From assembly GCA_028277795.1 (NCBI GenBank), contig JANQFP010000028.1, positions 1,273 to 65,272 of the forward strand: a stretch of DNA of 64,000 nucleotides, in the 5' to 3' direction. Below, piece by piece: positions 17,773-27,479 of the stretch; position 1 is the first letter of the stretch, and each line of letters begins with the position of its first letter. Both the position numbers and the translations under genes were made by a program. The notes below the pieces were generated by a model. The model was not told the DNA's origin, did no database searches, and was given only the letters and a program-made list of their open reading frames with translations. Source of the stretch: Rhodospirillales bacterium (GTDB taxonomy: Bacteria > Pseudomonadota > Alphaproteobacteria > Rhodospirillales > JANQFP01).

Positions 17773-20373
17773 ATGGGACGGCGCAAGCGGGCCACCGGTG
17801 AGACCAAACCCGGCCCCGACTCGGACCCGAAGGCGCCTGCCTCGCCGCCCGTCGACGAAAGCTGGGAGGTCCGTTTCGTCGAGGCGGCGGCCGATCTGGT
17901 TTGCCTCACCCGGAACGGACGACTCGCCTATGTCAACGCGGCGGGCTGCGAGTTGCTGGGCTACAAGACCAGCCGCACCCTGATCGGGCGCCCGTTCGCC
18001 GACCTGGTCCATGCCGACGACCGCCCGGTGGCGACCCGCCTGACCGCCCGTCCCAGCGGCCGCGAGGGCGCCTGGACCGTTCGCCTGGTGCGCCGGCGCG
18101 GCGGCGCCGTGGACGTGGAGATGCGGGTCACGCCGCTGGCCGACGGCACGGTCATCGTGCAGGGCCACGACATCACCCACCGTCAGCGCGCCGCGGAAGC
18201 CCTCCAACACAGCGAGAGCCGCTACCGGCAATTGGTCGAGCACTCCGGCGACCTGATCTGCGTGTGCACGGAGGGCCTGGTCGCCTTCGTCAACGCCGCC
18301 GGCGCCCGCATGCTCGGCGCCGCCGCCCCCGAACGCCTGATTGGGCGCAAGCTGAGCGGCCTCCTGGATACCGGCTCCCGCCCCGTGCTGGCCGACGGCC
18401 TGGGGGCCTTGGCCGACACCGGCGAGCCGGTGCCCGTGCGCCTGTGCGGCCTGAACCGCCGGCCGCTGGACGTGGAGCTGTCGGTCATGGGGTTCGGCAA
18501 CGCAGGTGAGGACTCCTACATGGTGACGGCGCGCGACGTCTCGGAGCAGGCGCGGGCGGCGGAGACCCTGGAGCGCGCCCGCGAGGAGCTGGAGGTGCGG
18601 TTCGCCGAAAGGACGCGGGCCCTCACCCGGGAGATCGAGGACCGCCGGCGGGCCGAGGACAACGTGCGGCTGGCGGCGACGGTCATCGACAAGCTGAGCG
18701 AGGCCGTGGTCATCGCCAATGCGGATTTCCGGGTCACCTCGGTCAACCCCGCGTTCTGCGAGATGACCGGCTACGCGGCGGACCAGGTCATCGGCAAGCG
18801 GCCGTTCTTCTACAGGGCGTTGAAAAAGGACCAGACCCTGCTCGACCGCATGTGGCGGTCGATCAGGAAGCACCACCGCTGGGAAGGGGAGATCTGGAGC
18901 CGGCGCCGGGACCGCGAGGAGTTCGCCAGCCACCTGTCCATCACCGCCATCGCCGACGAGGCCGGCGAGGTGCGGCGCTACGCCATGGTCATCAGCGACG
19001 TGACCAAACGCAAGCAGGACGAGGAGCGCATCCGCTACCAGGCCAACTACGACGAGCTGACCGGCCTGCCCAACCGGAACCTGTTCTTCGACCGCCTCAA
19101 GCACGACCTGGAGACCATGTCGCGGCTGGACCAGAAGCTGGGCCTGATGTTCCTCGACCTGGACGGCTTCAAGCTGGTCAACGACACCCTCGGCCACGAG
19201 TTCGGCGACCTGCTGCTGCAGGAGGCGGCCCGGCGCCTGACCGCCTGCGTGCGCCGCGGCGACACGGTGGCGCGCCTCGGCGGCGACGAGTTCACGGTCA
19301 TCATGCCAAACCTGGGCGACCCGCGGAACGCCCCGGTGGTGGCCCGGCGCATCCTGGAGTCGTTCTCCCAGCCGTTCCACCTGGACGGCCACGAGTCCTT
19401 CGTCTCCACCAGCATCGGCATCACCGTGTTTCCCGACGACGCGGTCACCGCCGGCGAGTTGCTCAAGTACGCCGATGCGGCCATGTACCGGGCCAAGGAG
19501 CACGGCAAGGCCACCTACCGGTTCTACACCTCCGACCTCAACGAGGAGGTGCAGGAGCGGCTGATCCTCAAGAACGGCCTCAGCAAGGCCCTGGAGCGCG
19601 GCGAGTTCGCGCTCCACTACCAGCCCAAGCTGGAAATCGGCAGCGGCCGCATCACCGGCACCGAGGCCCTGCTCCGGTGGGCGAGCCCCGACATCGGACC
19701 GGTCTCCCCAGGACGCTTCATCCCGGTGCTGGAGGAGACCGGCCTGGTGGTCGAGGTCGGCGAATGGGCCATCCGCACCGCCTGCGAGCAGCACAAGGCG
19801 TGGCGCGCCATGGGCCTGCCGGCCATCCCCATCGCGGTCAACCTGTCGGCCCGTCAGCTCCGCGAGACCTCGTTCGCCACCATCGTCGACGGCATCCTGC
19901 GCGACTGCGGGGTCGATGCCTCCAGCCTCGAGATCGAGATCACGGAGAGCATGCTGATGTCCGATTCCGCCCACGCCGTCATCGCCCTGGGCGAGCTGCA
20001 CGACATGGGCATCAACGTGGCCATGGACGACTTCGGCACCGGCTACTCGTCGCTCAGCTACCTGAAGCGCTTCCCCATCGACACCATCAAGATCGACCGC
20101 ACCTTCGTCGCCGATATCGCCACCAACCCGGACGACGCCGAGATCATCCGCACCATCATCAGCATGGGCCACACCCTGAACCGGCGGGTGATCGCCGAAG
20201 GGGTGGAGACCGAGCACCAGCTCGGCATCCTCGGCGACTACCGCTGCGACGAAATCCAGGGCTACGTCTTCAGCCCGCCGCTGCCGGACGAGAAGATCAC
20301 CGCCTTCCTCAAGGAGCGGACCAAGGAACCGGCGCAGTTGCGACCGAAGGCCCGGAGCCTGCAGACCTCGTAG
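17773..20373 (+). CDS. PAS/PAC-GGDEF-EAL c-di-GMP turnover protein
   Basis: It has several PAS-like segments, then …TGLPNRNLF…ARLGGDEFTVIM… (GGDEF) and …ITGTEALLRW…ESMLM…DDFGTGYSSLSYL… (EAL). I prefer ATG at 17773 over the listed TTG at 17746. Confidence 0.9.
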   Translation: MGRRKRATGETKPGPDSDPKAPASPPVDESWEVRFVEAAADLVCLTRNGRLAYVNAAGCELLGYKTSRTLIGRPFADLVHADDRPVATRLTARPSGREGAWTVRLVRRRGGAVDVEMRVTPLADGTVIVQGHDITHRQRAAEALQHSESRYRQLVEHSGDLICVCTEGLVAFVNAAGARMLGAAAPERLIGRKLSGLLDTGSRPVLADGLGALADTGEPVPVRLCGLNRRPLDVELSVMGFGNAGEDSYMVTARDVSEQARAAETLERAREELEVRFAERTRALTREIEDRRRAEDNVRLAATVIDKLSEAVVIANADFRVTSVNPAFCEMTGYAADQVIGKRPFFYRALKKDQTLLDRMWRSIRKHHRWEGEIWSRRRDREEFASHLSITAIADEAGEVRRYAMVISDVTKRKQDEERIRYQANYDELTGLPNRNLFFDRLKHDLETMSRLDQKLGLMFLDLDGFKLVNDTLGHEFGDLLLQEAARRLTACVRRGDTVARLGGDEFTVIMPNLGDPRNAPVVARRILESFSQPFHLDGHESFVSTSIGITVFPDDAVTAGELLKYADAAMYRAKEHGKATYRFYTSDLNEEVQERLILKNGLSKALERGEFALHYQPKLEIGSGRITGTEALLRWASPDIGPVSPGRFIPVLEETGLVVEVGEWAIRTACEQHKAWRAMGLPAIPIAVNLSARQLRETSFATIVDGILRDCGVDASSLEIEITESMLMSDSAHAVIALGELHDMGINVAMDDFGTGYSSLSYLKRFPIDTIKIDRTFVADIATNPDDAEIIRTIISMGHTLNRRVIAEGVETEHQLGILGDYRCDEIQGYVFSPPLPDEKITAFLKERTKEPAQLRPKARSLQTS

Positions 20374-20403
20374 CTGCCGCAGCGGCCGCGCGGGCAGGGA
20401 GTC

Positions 20404-21423
20404 TCAGTACACCAGCTCGTCGGCCTCGCCGGTGCCGGCGATGACGATCTCGCCGGTGTCGGCCAGGGCCTTGGCGGTGGCCACGATGTTGGCCTGGGCC
20501 TCGTCCACCTCCTTCAGGCGAACCGCCCCCATGGCCTCCATGTCCTCGCGCATCATCTTGCCGGCCCGCTCCGACATGTTGGTGAAGAACAGCTCCTTCA
20601 CCGTGTCCGACGCCCCCTTCAGCGCCACCGCGAGCTGGTCCTTCTCCACCTGGCGGAGCAGCGTCTGGATGCCCGCCGCGTCGACCCGGCTCAGGTCGTC
20701 GAAGGTGAACATGAGCTGCTTGATGCGCTCGGCCGATTCCCGGTTGCGCTCCTCCAGCGCCGTCATGAACCGGTTCTCGGTGTTGCGGTCCAGGTTGTTG
20801 AAGATGTCGGCCATCATCTCGTGGGAATCGCGCCTGGCCGTGCGCGCCAGGTTGGTCATGAACTCGGTGCGCAGGGTCCGCTCCACGTGGTCCAGGATGT
20901 CGTTCTGCACCGTCTCCATGCGCAGCATGCGCATGACCACTTCCATGGCGAAGTTCTCGGGCAGCAGGCCGAGGACCCGCGAGGCGTGGTCGGGGCGGAC
21001 CTTGGACAGCACCACCGCCACCGTCTGCGGGTATTCGTTCTTCAGGTAGTTGGCCAGCACCGCCTCGTTGACGTTGCCCAGCTTGTCCCACATGGTGCGC
21101 CCGGCAGGGCCGCGGATCTCCTCCATGATCTGGTCGACACGGTCCTTGCTCAGGGCCTTGTGCAGCAGCCGCTCGGTGCTGTCGAAAGAGCCGACCAGGG
21201 AGCCCGCGCTGGAGAGCTGATCGGCGAACTCGACGAACAGGCGCTCGACCACGTTGGAGCTCACCGTGCCCAGACTGGACATGGTCTGGGAGAGTTCGCG
21301 GATCTCCTCGTCGTCCATCATCTCGAACAGGGTGGCGGCATGGCTCTCGCCCACCGCCAGCATGAAGATGGCCGCTTTCTGGGGACCGGTGAGATTGCGG
21401 TAGTCGTCCCGTACCCGTGCCAT
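20404..21423 (-). CDS. fliG: Flagellar motor switch protein FliG (stand-alone copy)
   Basis: …[16 protein letters not shown]…EIRELSQTM…, with a C-terminal torque-helix region …[43 protein letters not shown]…. ATG at 21423 has GGAG 9 nt upstream. Confidence 0.85.
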   Translation of the reverse strand: MARVRDDYRNLTGPQKAAIFMLAVGESHAATLFEMMDDEEIRELSQTMSSLGTVSSNVVERLFVEFADQLSSAGSLVGSFDSTERLLHKALSKDRVDQIMEEIRGPAGRTMWDKLGNVNEAVLANYLKNEYPQTVAVVLSKVRPDHASRVLGLLPENFAMEVVMRMLRMETVQNDILDHVERTLRTEFMTNLARTARRDSHEMMADIFNNLDRNTENRFMTALEERNRESAERIKQLMFTFDDLSRVDAAGIQTLLRQVEKDQLAVALKGASDTVKELFFTNMSERAGKMMREDMEAMGAVRLKEVDEAQANIVATAKALADTGEIVIAGTGEADELVY

Positions 21424-21480
21424 GCTCGTCACCTCCGGCTCAAGTTTGGACGGCGGCGAAAAAAGATCAAGCGCCTGATG

Positions 21481-22005
21481 TCAGACCGCGTGCCACTGGC
21501 AGTTCAGGGACAGCTCGCCGGCCGTGTTGACCACCGTGGCCAGGCACGCCGCGGCCTGGTCCTCGGGCACCCAGACGTGGACGGTGACCGCGTACTGCTC
21601 GCCCTCGGCGGTCGGGATTCGCTCGGCGTTGAGGCGGACGATGTTGGCGTGGAAGTGGACGAAGACCTCGCACAGCCGGGCCACCAGTCCCGGCCGGTCG
21701 CCCCCGGAGACGACGATTCGGTGGGTGAAGTGGCCCGACGGGCCGTGCACCGGCGCGAGATCGAACCGGCTGACCGTCACCTCGCCGTCGCCCAGCTCCG
21801 GCAGGCCACGCAGCTCCCGCTCCACCTGCTCCAGCGGGACGCCGTCCGGGAACTCGCACACCGACGTGAACTCGGCCCCCTCGCCGAGCACGGCGAAGGT
21901 GGTATCGGCCAGGTTGCCGCCGAGGTCGAAGAGGCGGCCGGCGATGGCGGCGACCAGGCCCACGCGGTCGGGACAGAGGACGGATATGAGGGCGGCGGTG
22001 GTCAC
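21481..22005 (-). CDS. Tandem ACT-domain protein (GcvR-like)
   Basis: This is the last 174 aa of the listed 604-aa ORF: (M)TTAALISVLCPDRVGLVAAIAGRLFDLGGNLADTTF… and a second ACT …HRIVVSGGDRPGLVARLCEVFVHFHANIVRLN…. GTG at 22005 has GAAGGAG upstream. Confidence 0.7.
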   Translation of the reverse strand: MTTAALISVLCPDRVGLVAAIAGRLFDLGGNLADTTFAVLGEGAEFTSVCEFPDGVPLEQVERELRGLPELGDGEVTVSRFDLAPVHGPSGHFTHRIVVSGGDRPGLVARLCEVFVHFHANIVRLNAERIPTAEGEQYAVTVHVWVPEDQAAACLATVVNTAGELSLNCQWHAV

Positions 22006-22122
22006 GGTGACTCCTTCTGTTCGAAGCAATGGTCCGGCGGTCGGCCCGCGATCATAAACGGTTTGCCCGCGGATGCGAGCGAAGGTTAGCCTCGGGGTCC
22101 CGTCGGGACCGGAGAACCATAA

Positions 22123-23196
22123 ATGGGACCGCATCCGCGCAAAATACTGGCCCTGGCGGTCCTGATCCTGGCCGCGGCCCAGCCGGCGCCGGCCCAGCAG
22201 CGGCCCGCCGATCCCCCCGCGGCAAAGGCCCAGGTCTATCGCAACGAGGCCCGGGGCTTCTCCCTCGCCGTGCCGCCGGCCGCCGAGCTGGCCGAGCGCG
22301 AGGCGGACGGCGCGGTGTTCATCCGCTCGCGCCAGGGCTACGCCCTCAGCGTGCAGGCCGACGACGCCAGCCCCGACGTGCCGCTGCCCCAGATGGCGAC
22401 CCGGATGGAGAGGCAGCAGGTGGGCCCCGGGCGCATGCTCACCGACAAGCTGGGCGAGCGGGAGATCACGGTCAGCGGACTGCCCGCCTACGACGCCACC
22501 TACGAGGGGCCCCGCACCCGTGCCCGCATGGTCATCGCGCGCGGCCACAGGACCGATTTCGTGTTCCTGTTCTTCGCCCCGCCCCGCGCCTTCACCCGCC
22601 TGGTCGTGGAGTTCGACTGGGTCCTGGCCAACTTCCGGCCGGCTGCGGAGGAGGCGCCGGAGCCCGCCACGGCCCCGACGGCCAGGGAGGAGCGGGAGGT
22701 GCGCCAGGCCGAGATCATGGGCTCTCGGCGCTTCTTCAGCCCGCGCTTCGGCTATGCCATCGAGTATCCGGCCAACTGGGTGTTGAGCCGCCCGTCGGCC
22801 TTCGCCATCCTGTTCAGCGGCGCCGACGGCACCGAGGCCTACCGCGCCACCGTGCGCATCCAGAACGTCCAGCCCGGTGCCACCGACGCCGCCTCGGCGG
22901 TGGCGGCAGTGGTCGCCGACCTCAAGGCGGACCTGGCCGCGGGTGCCCGGGACATTCAGGTCCTGGGCGACAAGCCGATGACCTACGCCCGGGACGGTGT
23001 GCGTCTCGACGGCCGCCAGATCCTGGTCACCTACGCCTACCACGGCGAGCGGTTCAAGAAGCTGGCCATCGTCGTGCCACGCCCCGGGGGCGGGGTGGTC
23101 CACCTGTGGTCTTACACCGCGCCCGAGGCGGTCTACGACATCTTCCGGCCCATCGCGGAGGCCATGCTCCGCAGTTGGGTCATCGCCAGCGGCTGA
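22123..23196 (+). CDS. Secreted hypothetical protein
   Basis: It has a signal peptide MGPHPRKILALAVLILAAAQPAPAQ. Two similar halves begin …GFSLAVPPAAEL… and …GYAIEYPANWVL…. No catalytic motif recognised. Confidence 0.6.
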   Translation: MGPHPRKILALAVLILAAAQPAPAQQRPADPPAAKAQVYRNEARGFSLAVPPAAELAEREADGAVFIRSRQGYALSVQADDASPDVPLPQMATRMERQQVGPGRMLTDKLGEREITVSGLPAYDATYEGPRTRARMVIARGHRTDFVFLFFAPPRAFTRLVVEFDWVLANFRPAAEEAPEPATAPTAREEREVRQAEIMGSRRFFSPRFGYAIEYPANWVLSRPSAFAILFSGADGTEAYRATVRIQNVQPGATDAASAVAAVVADLKADLAAGARDIQVLGDKPMTYARDGVRLDGRQILVTYAYHGERFKKLAIVVPRPGGGVVHLWSYTAPEAVYDIFRPIAEAMLRSWVIASG

Positions 23197-23638
23197 GCAT
23201 CCGATAGGACATACGGATGATGCGGTCGGTCTCGCGCCACAGGTCGTAGCCGCCCAGGTCGCCGAGGCGCGCCCACACCGCGTCCGCGGCGTCATCGGCC
23301 GGCGCCAGCCGGCCGCCGCGCCAGGCGGCCACCACGTCGATCAGGGTGTAGTGGTAGCGCACCCGGCCCGCCTCGTCCCGCTCGATGGAGTCGACCACGT
23401 CGACGACGCCGAGGACGGCGACGCGGATGCCGGTCTCTTCGCGCACCTCCCGTTCCGCGGCGGCGAACACCGTCTCGCCCACCCGCTGGAGGCCCCCCGG
23501 CAGGCTCCACTGGCCCTGGCGCGGCGGCCGGGCGCGGCGGACCAGAAGCACGCGGCCGTCGCGCCACACCACGGCGCCGACCCCGATCAGCGGACGACTG
23601 GGATACAGGCGGGATTCGGTCGGGTGGTCTTCGGTCAT
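23180..23638 (-). CDS. NUDIX hydrolase
   Basis: Nudix box …GGLQRVGETVFAAAEREVREETGI…. Confidence 0.85.
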   Translation of the reverse strand: MTEDHPTESRLYPSRPLIGVGAVVWRDGRVLLVRRARPPRQGQWSLPGGLQRVGETVFAAAEREVREETGIRVAVLGVVDVVDSIERDEAGRVRYHYTLIDVVAAWRGGRLAPADDAADAVWARLGDLGGYDLWRETDRIIRMSYRMLSRWR

Positions 23639-23754
23639 GGGGGTCCTGTCCGCTGCGGGGATGGCGCATTATGGTCTTCCCGGCGCGGCGTTGCGAGCGG
23701 CCCGGCTTGCCGTATAGGATTGGTCCGGACGAGCTACCGGCGGGACGGCGCGAT

Positions 23755-24153
23755 ATGGCAGCACAGCAGACGGTCCTCGAACGCAAGGGCTTCGGCGCCG
23801 GCGAGATCATCTTCCGCGAAGGGGACAAGGGGAACGTCGCCTACGTGGTGCAGACGGGCTCGGTCGAGGTCTACCGCACGACCGGGGCCGGCGAAAAGGT
23901 CCTGGGCACCATCGCCAAGGGCGGCATCTTCGGCGAGATGGCCCTGATCGATGACGAGCCGCGCATGGCGTCGGCCCGCGCCATCGAGGAGACCACCGTC
24001 TTCGTCGTCTCGCGCATGGCCTTCAGCCGCAAGATGGAAAACACCGACCCCTTCATCCGCGGCCTGCTCAATATCCTCGCCAGCAACCTGCGATCCGTGG
24101 CCCGCAGCACCCTCGCAGACCTGGGCCCGGCCCCGACTCAGGACGGCGATTGA
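23755..24153 (+). CDS. Cyclic-nucleotide-binding domain protein
   Basis: …GEIIFREGDKGNVAYVVQTGSVEV…GGIFGEMALIDDEPRMASARA… I prefer ATG at 23755 over the listed start at 23671. Confidence 0.75.
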   Translation: MAAQQTVLERKGFGAGEIIFREGDKGNVAYVVQTGSVEVYRTTGAGEKVLGTIAKGGIFGEMALIDDEPRMASARAIEETTVFVVSRMAFSRKMENTDPFIRGLLNILASNLRSVARSTLADLGPAPTQDGD

Positions 24154-25058
24154 GAGAAGTCGCCGCGAGCGGCCGGGGAGGGGACCTGTTCGCCGATTTC
24201 GAGGACCTGGTGGCCGACGCCGACGGCACCATCATCCGCGCCGTTAAGGGCGGGTCAGGGCCACCGGTGCTGCTGCTCCACGGCTACCCCCAGACCCATG
24301 CCATGTGGCACAAGGTGGCCCCGGTGCTGGCCGAGCGGTTCACCGTGGTGGCGCCTGACCTGCGGGGCTACGGCGACAGCGCCAAGCCGCCGTCCGACCC
24401 GGCCCACGAGACCTACTGCAAGCGGACCACCGCCAGCGACCAGGTGCGCGTGATGGCCGGCCTCGGGTTCGAGACCTTCTTCGTCGTCGGCCACGACCGG
24501 GGCGGGCGGGTCGGCCACCGCATGGCCCTCGACCATCCCGAGCGGGTGACGAAGCTGGCGGTGCTGGACATCGTCCCCACCCACAAGATCTTCTCCACCG
24601 TCAACCAGGCGGTGGCCACGGGCTATTATCACTGGTTCTTTCTCATCCAGCCCTTCGACCTCCCGGAGCGGATGATCGGCGCCGATCCGGAGTACTACCT
24701 GCGGCGCAAGCTGGCCCAATGGGGGGACGTCTCGGACGCCTTCACCGACGAGGCCATGGCCGAATACCTCCGCTGCTTCCGCGATCCGGCGACCATCCAC
24801 GCCTCGTGCGAGGACTACCGGGCGGCGGCCTCCATCGACCTCGCCCACGATGAGGCCGACATGGACCACAAGGTGGCCTGTCCCCTGCTCGCCCTGTGGG
24901 GCCAGCGCGGCCTCATGGGGCGTCATTTCGACGTGCTCGCGACGTGGCGCGAGCGGGCCACCGACGTCCGCGGGCGGGCGCTGCCCTGCGGCCACTTCCT
25001 CGCCGAGGAGGCGCCCGGCGAGACGGCGGATGAACTCCTACGCTTTCTCGGTGAGTGA
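24150..25058 (+). CDS. Alpha/beta hydrolase, haloacetate-dehalogenase/epoxide-hydrolase-like
   Basis: …PVLLLHGYPQTHAMWHKVAP…DLRGYGDS…VVGHDRGGRVGHRMALDHP…. The TTG start overlapping the upstream stop is uncertain. Confidence 0.75.
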   Translation: MREVAASGRGGDLFADFEDLVADADGTIIRAVKGGSGPPVLLLHGYPQTHAMWHKVAPVLAERFTVVAPDLRGYGDSAKPPSDPAHETYCKRTTASDQVRVMAGLGFETFFVVGHDRGGRVGHRMALDHPERVTKLAVLDIVPTHKIFSTVNQAVATGYYHWFFLIQPFDLPERMIGADPEYYLRRKLAQWGDVSDAFTDEAMAEYLRCFRDPATIHASCEDYRAAASIDLAHDEADMDHKVACPLLALWGQRGLMGRHFDVLATWRERATDVRGRALPCGHFLAEEAPGETADELLRFLGE

Positions 25059-25186
25059 GATGGAAAAGCCGCGAGCCCGCGACCGTAGCAAAGATGCGCC
25101 TATCGGCACGCTTCTGGCGGGGCGGCGACCGGGACGCGATGCAGACCGTGGCGGATGTGAGAAATGCCGGCTAGAATGCCGCCGCC

Positions 25187-25981
25187 ATGAGCGCTGAAAA
25201 CCCGACTCGGAAAAGCGCCGATTCCGGCGAGCGGTCCTCCCAGCAGCGGCAAATGAAGATGGGCCTGACGGCCCGTCTGCGCGCGTATTTCTTCGCCGGC
25301 ATTCTGATCACGGCGCCGGTCACCATCACCTTCTACCTGGCCTGGATCTTCATCAACTTCGTCGACGCCCAGATCACCCCGCTGATCCCGGTCCAGTACA
25401 ATCCGACCACCTATCTGCCGTTCGGCCTGCCGGGATTGGGGCTGCTCATCGTCATCGTCGGGCTGACGCTGATCGGCGCCCTGACCGCCGGATTCGTCGG
25501 GCGCATGGTGATGCGCATCTACGAGGCCCTCCTGGCCCGCATGCCCGTGGTCCGCAGCGTCTATTCGGCGACCAAGCAGATCTTCGAGACCGTGCTGGCC
25601 AAGCAGTCCAACGCCTTCCGGGAGGCGGTCCTGGTGGAATACCCCCGGCGCGGCATCTGGGCCGTCGCCTTCATCACCGGCCGCACCGAAGGCGAGGTCC
25701 AGAACCTGACCACCGAGGAGACCATCAACATCTTCCTGCCGACCACGCCCAACCCCACGTCGGGCTTCCTGCTGTTCGTGCCCAAGAAGGACGTGGTGCC
25801 ACTGAGCATGTCGGTGGAGGAGGCCATCAAGATGGTCATCTCCGGCGGCATCGTTACGCCGCCGGACCGCCGGCCGAGGGATGTGCGGGACAAGCCCGTG
25901 GTCGCAGCCGCCACCTTCGAGGACATGGACGTCCTGCGCGAACGGGACCGCGCCCCGGTGCTGGTGGCCCGCAAGGACTGA
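25187..25981 (+). CDS. DUF502-family membrane protein
   Basis: …LRAYFFAGILITAPVTITFYLAWIFINFVD… and …PTTPNPTSGFLLFVPKKDV…. Confidence 0.7.
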   Translation: MSAENPTRKSADSGERSSQQRQMKMGLTARLRAYFFAGILITAPVTITFYLAWIFINFVDAQITPLIPVQYNPTTYLPFGLPGLGLLIVIVGLTLIGALTAGFVGRMVMRIYEALLARMPVVRSVYSATKQIFETVLAKQSNAFREAVLVEYPRRGIWAVAFITGRTEGEVQNLTTEETINIFLPTTPNPTSGFLLFVPKKDVVPLSMSVEEAIKMVISGGIVTPPDRRPRDVRDKPVVAAATFEDMDVLRERDRAPVLVARKD

Positions 25982-26007
25982 CCACGGCGGCGCCCCGACC
26001 ACCGGCA

Positions 26008-26775
26008 ATGGAATTCGACGAAGACATCCGGCTGTTCGAAGAGCCCATGCCGCGCATCGTGGTGGCCAGCCACGAGCGGTCCGGGACCCATTTCCTGATG
26101 AACAGCATGGCGTCGTGCTTCGGCTATGTGTCGGCGCCGTGGCTCGACTACGACTACAGCTACATCAACCTCAACTACTACCAGAGCGGCATGTTCAGCC
26201 GGTTCCTGGCCGCCTTCGACGGCGTCCACCTGGCCAACACCATCAAGACCCACCACTCGATGGACTTCCTGCGCGACGACCTGCCGGACCTGGGGGACCG
26301 CACGGTCATCCTCTATATCGTCCGCAACGTGGTCGACGTGATGCGGAGCTTCCGCCGTTTCCTGATGGCCTGCCCGTGGAACGAGGGGCCCAAGGTGGAC
26401 ACCCTGGACGCCTTCCTCGGCACGCCGCCGTCCGGGTACCTGATGCGCTATCAGGTGTATCAGGAGGACTCCATGGCCAGCCGCTGGGCTCACCACGTGG
26501 AGGGCTGGCTGGCGGCGGCGGCCGACTTCCCCAACATCGTGGTGGTCCGCTACGAGGACCTGCACGACCGCTTCGACGACACCATTGACCGCATCGGCAA
26601 GGCCATCGGCCACACCCCCGATGCCATCGTCCGCCCCGAGAAGGGGGTCAACGTGATCGGCTTCGGGGCGGACCGGGACGATGGCGGCGATGGCGGCGAC
26701 CTTTCGGCCGCCGCGTTGAGCAAGGTCCGGGATGTGGCCGGAGACGTCCTGGTCCGGCTCGGCTATACCCTCTGA
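26008..26775 (+). CDS. Sulfotransferase-family protein
   Basis: It has a PAPS 5'-phosphosulfate-binding-like loop …VVASHERSGTHFLMN… and later …ILYIVRNVVDVMRSF…. Confidence 0.6.
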   Translation: MEFDEDIRLFEEPMPRIVVASHERSGTHFLMNSMASCFGYVSAPWLDYDYSYINLNYYQSGMFSRFLAAFDGVHLANTIKTHHSMDFLRDDLPDLGDRTVILYIVRNVVDVMRSFRRFLMACPWNEGPKVDTLDAFLGTPPSGYLMRYQVYQEDSMASRWAHHVEGWLAAAADFPNIVVVRYEDLHDRFDDTIDRIGKAIGHTPDAIVRPEKGVNVIGFGADRDDGGDGGDLSAAALSKVRDVAGDVLVRLGYTL

Positions 26776-26845
26776 TGCGGGCGCGCCGGCACGGCCTGCC
26801 CGTATGTCGGGAGCCGCACCGGGCGACGAGTTGGCGCCCGATCCG

Positions 26846-27322
26846 TCAGCCGCCGTCGTACGGCGGGAACCAAGTGATCTTCGACACCACGCCGTTTTGA
26901 TCGAAGTCCAGCCGGCAGACCTGGGTGGGCCCGCCGGGCAGGCGATTGCCGTACCGGTCCCGCACCGCGAGCGGGCCCTTGAAGAACTGGATGTACAGCT
27001 CCTGCCACTTGGCGCCCGTTGCCATGGACCGTCGGCCGTTGGCCGCCGCACGGATCAGGTCCGAATGGTCCTTCATGTTGGGCAACAGCGCCACGCCGAC
27101 GGCCGACAACCAACCGTCTGCCACGATGGTGTCGAGCGTGGTCTGACCCACCTCATACGACTGCAGCAAAGCCAGCCGACGATCGTTCTCCGCTTGCCGC
27201 TCGACGACCGCCGCCACCGCCGGTTTGGCCGCGCCGTCGCTCGACGACGTGCCGCCGCATCCCGCGAGGCCCGTCGCGAGCACGACAACGAGGAGAAGGG
27301 CGGGGTTGATCTGGGGTGTCAT
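26846..27322 (-). CDS. Lipoprotein, function unknown
   Basis: MTPQINPALLLVVVLATGLAGC has a lipobox (LAGC). ATG at 27322 has GGAG upstream; the listed ORF extends to 27406. Confidence 0.65.
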   Translation of the reverse strand: MTPQINPALLLVVVLATGLAGCGGTSSSDGAAKPAVAAVVERQAENDRRLALLQSYEVGQTTLDTIVADGWLSAVGVALLPNMKDHSDLIRAAANGRRSMATGAKWQELYIQFFKGPLAVRDRYGNRLPGGPTQVCRLDFDQNGVVSKITWFPPYDGG

Positions 27323-27479
27323 AGGGGTGTCTCCGGCGGTTGAGGATCGATCGTCGACGCGTCGCCAAGGCCCCGCTTCTCGATGCCCGAACTCGGTGCC
27401 GATCATAGCCAGACCGGTTCGACGGGGGCAACGATGGTCCGCATCCTGGTCCGGCCGGCGGTCCGCCGGGGCGGCCGGA

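Noticed and set aside
17623-20217. 864-aa ORF antisense to the PAS-GGDEF-EAL gene
   Set aside because: Its composition is that of a GC-rich shadow frame (very high Gly/Ala/Arg/Pro/Asp/Val, no recognisable motifs). The sense frame has unmistakable GGDEF and EAL motifs.
20374-20403. Short GC palindrome (CTGCCGC…GCGGGCAG) between the convergent GGDEF-EAL and fliG stops as a terminator
   Set aside because: The stem is imperfect and there is no U-tract on either strand, so support is too weak to list as a feature.
21481-23295. 604-aa ORF
   Set aside because: Only the C-terminal 174 aa (tandem ACT) are credible, with GTG 22005 and a good SD. The remainder is antisense to the secreted-protein gene 22123..23196.
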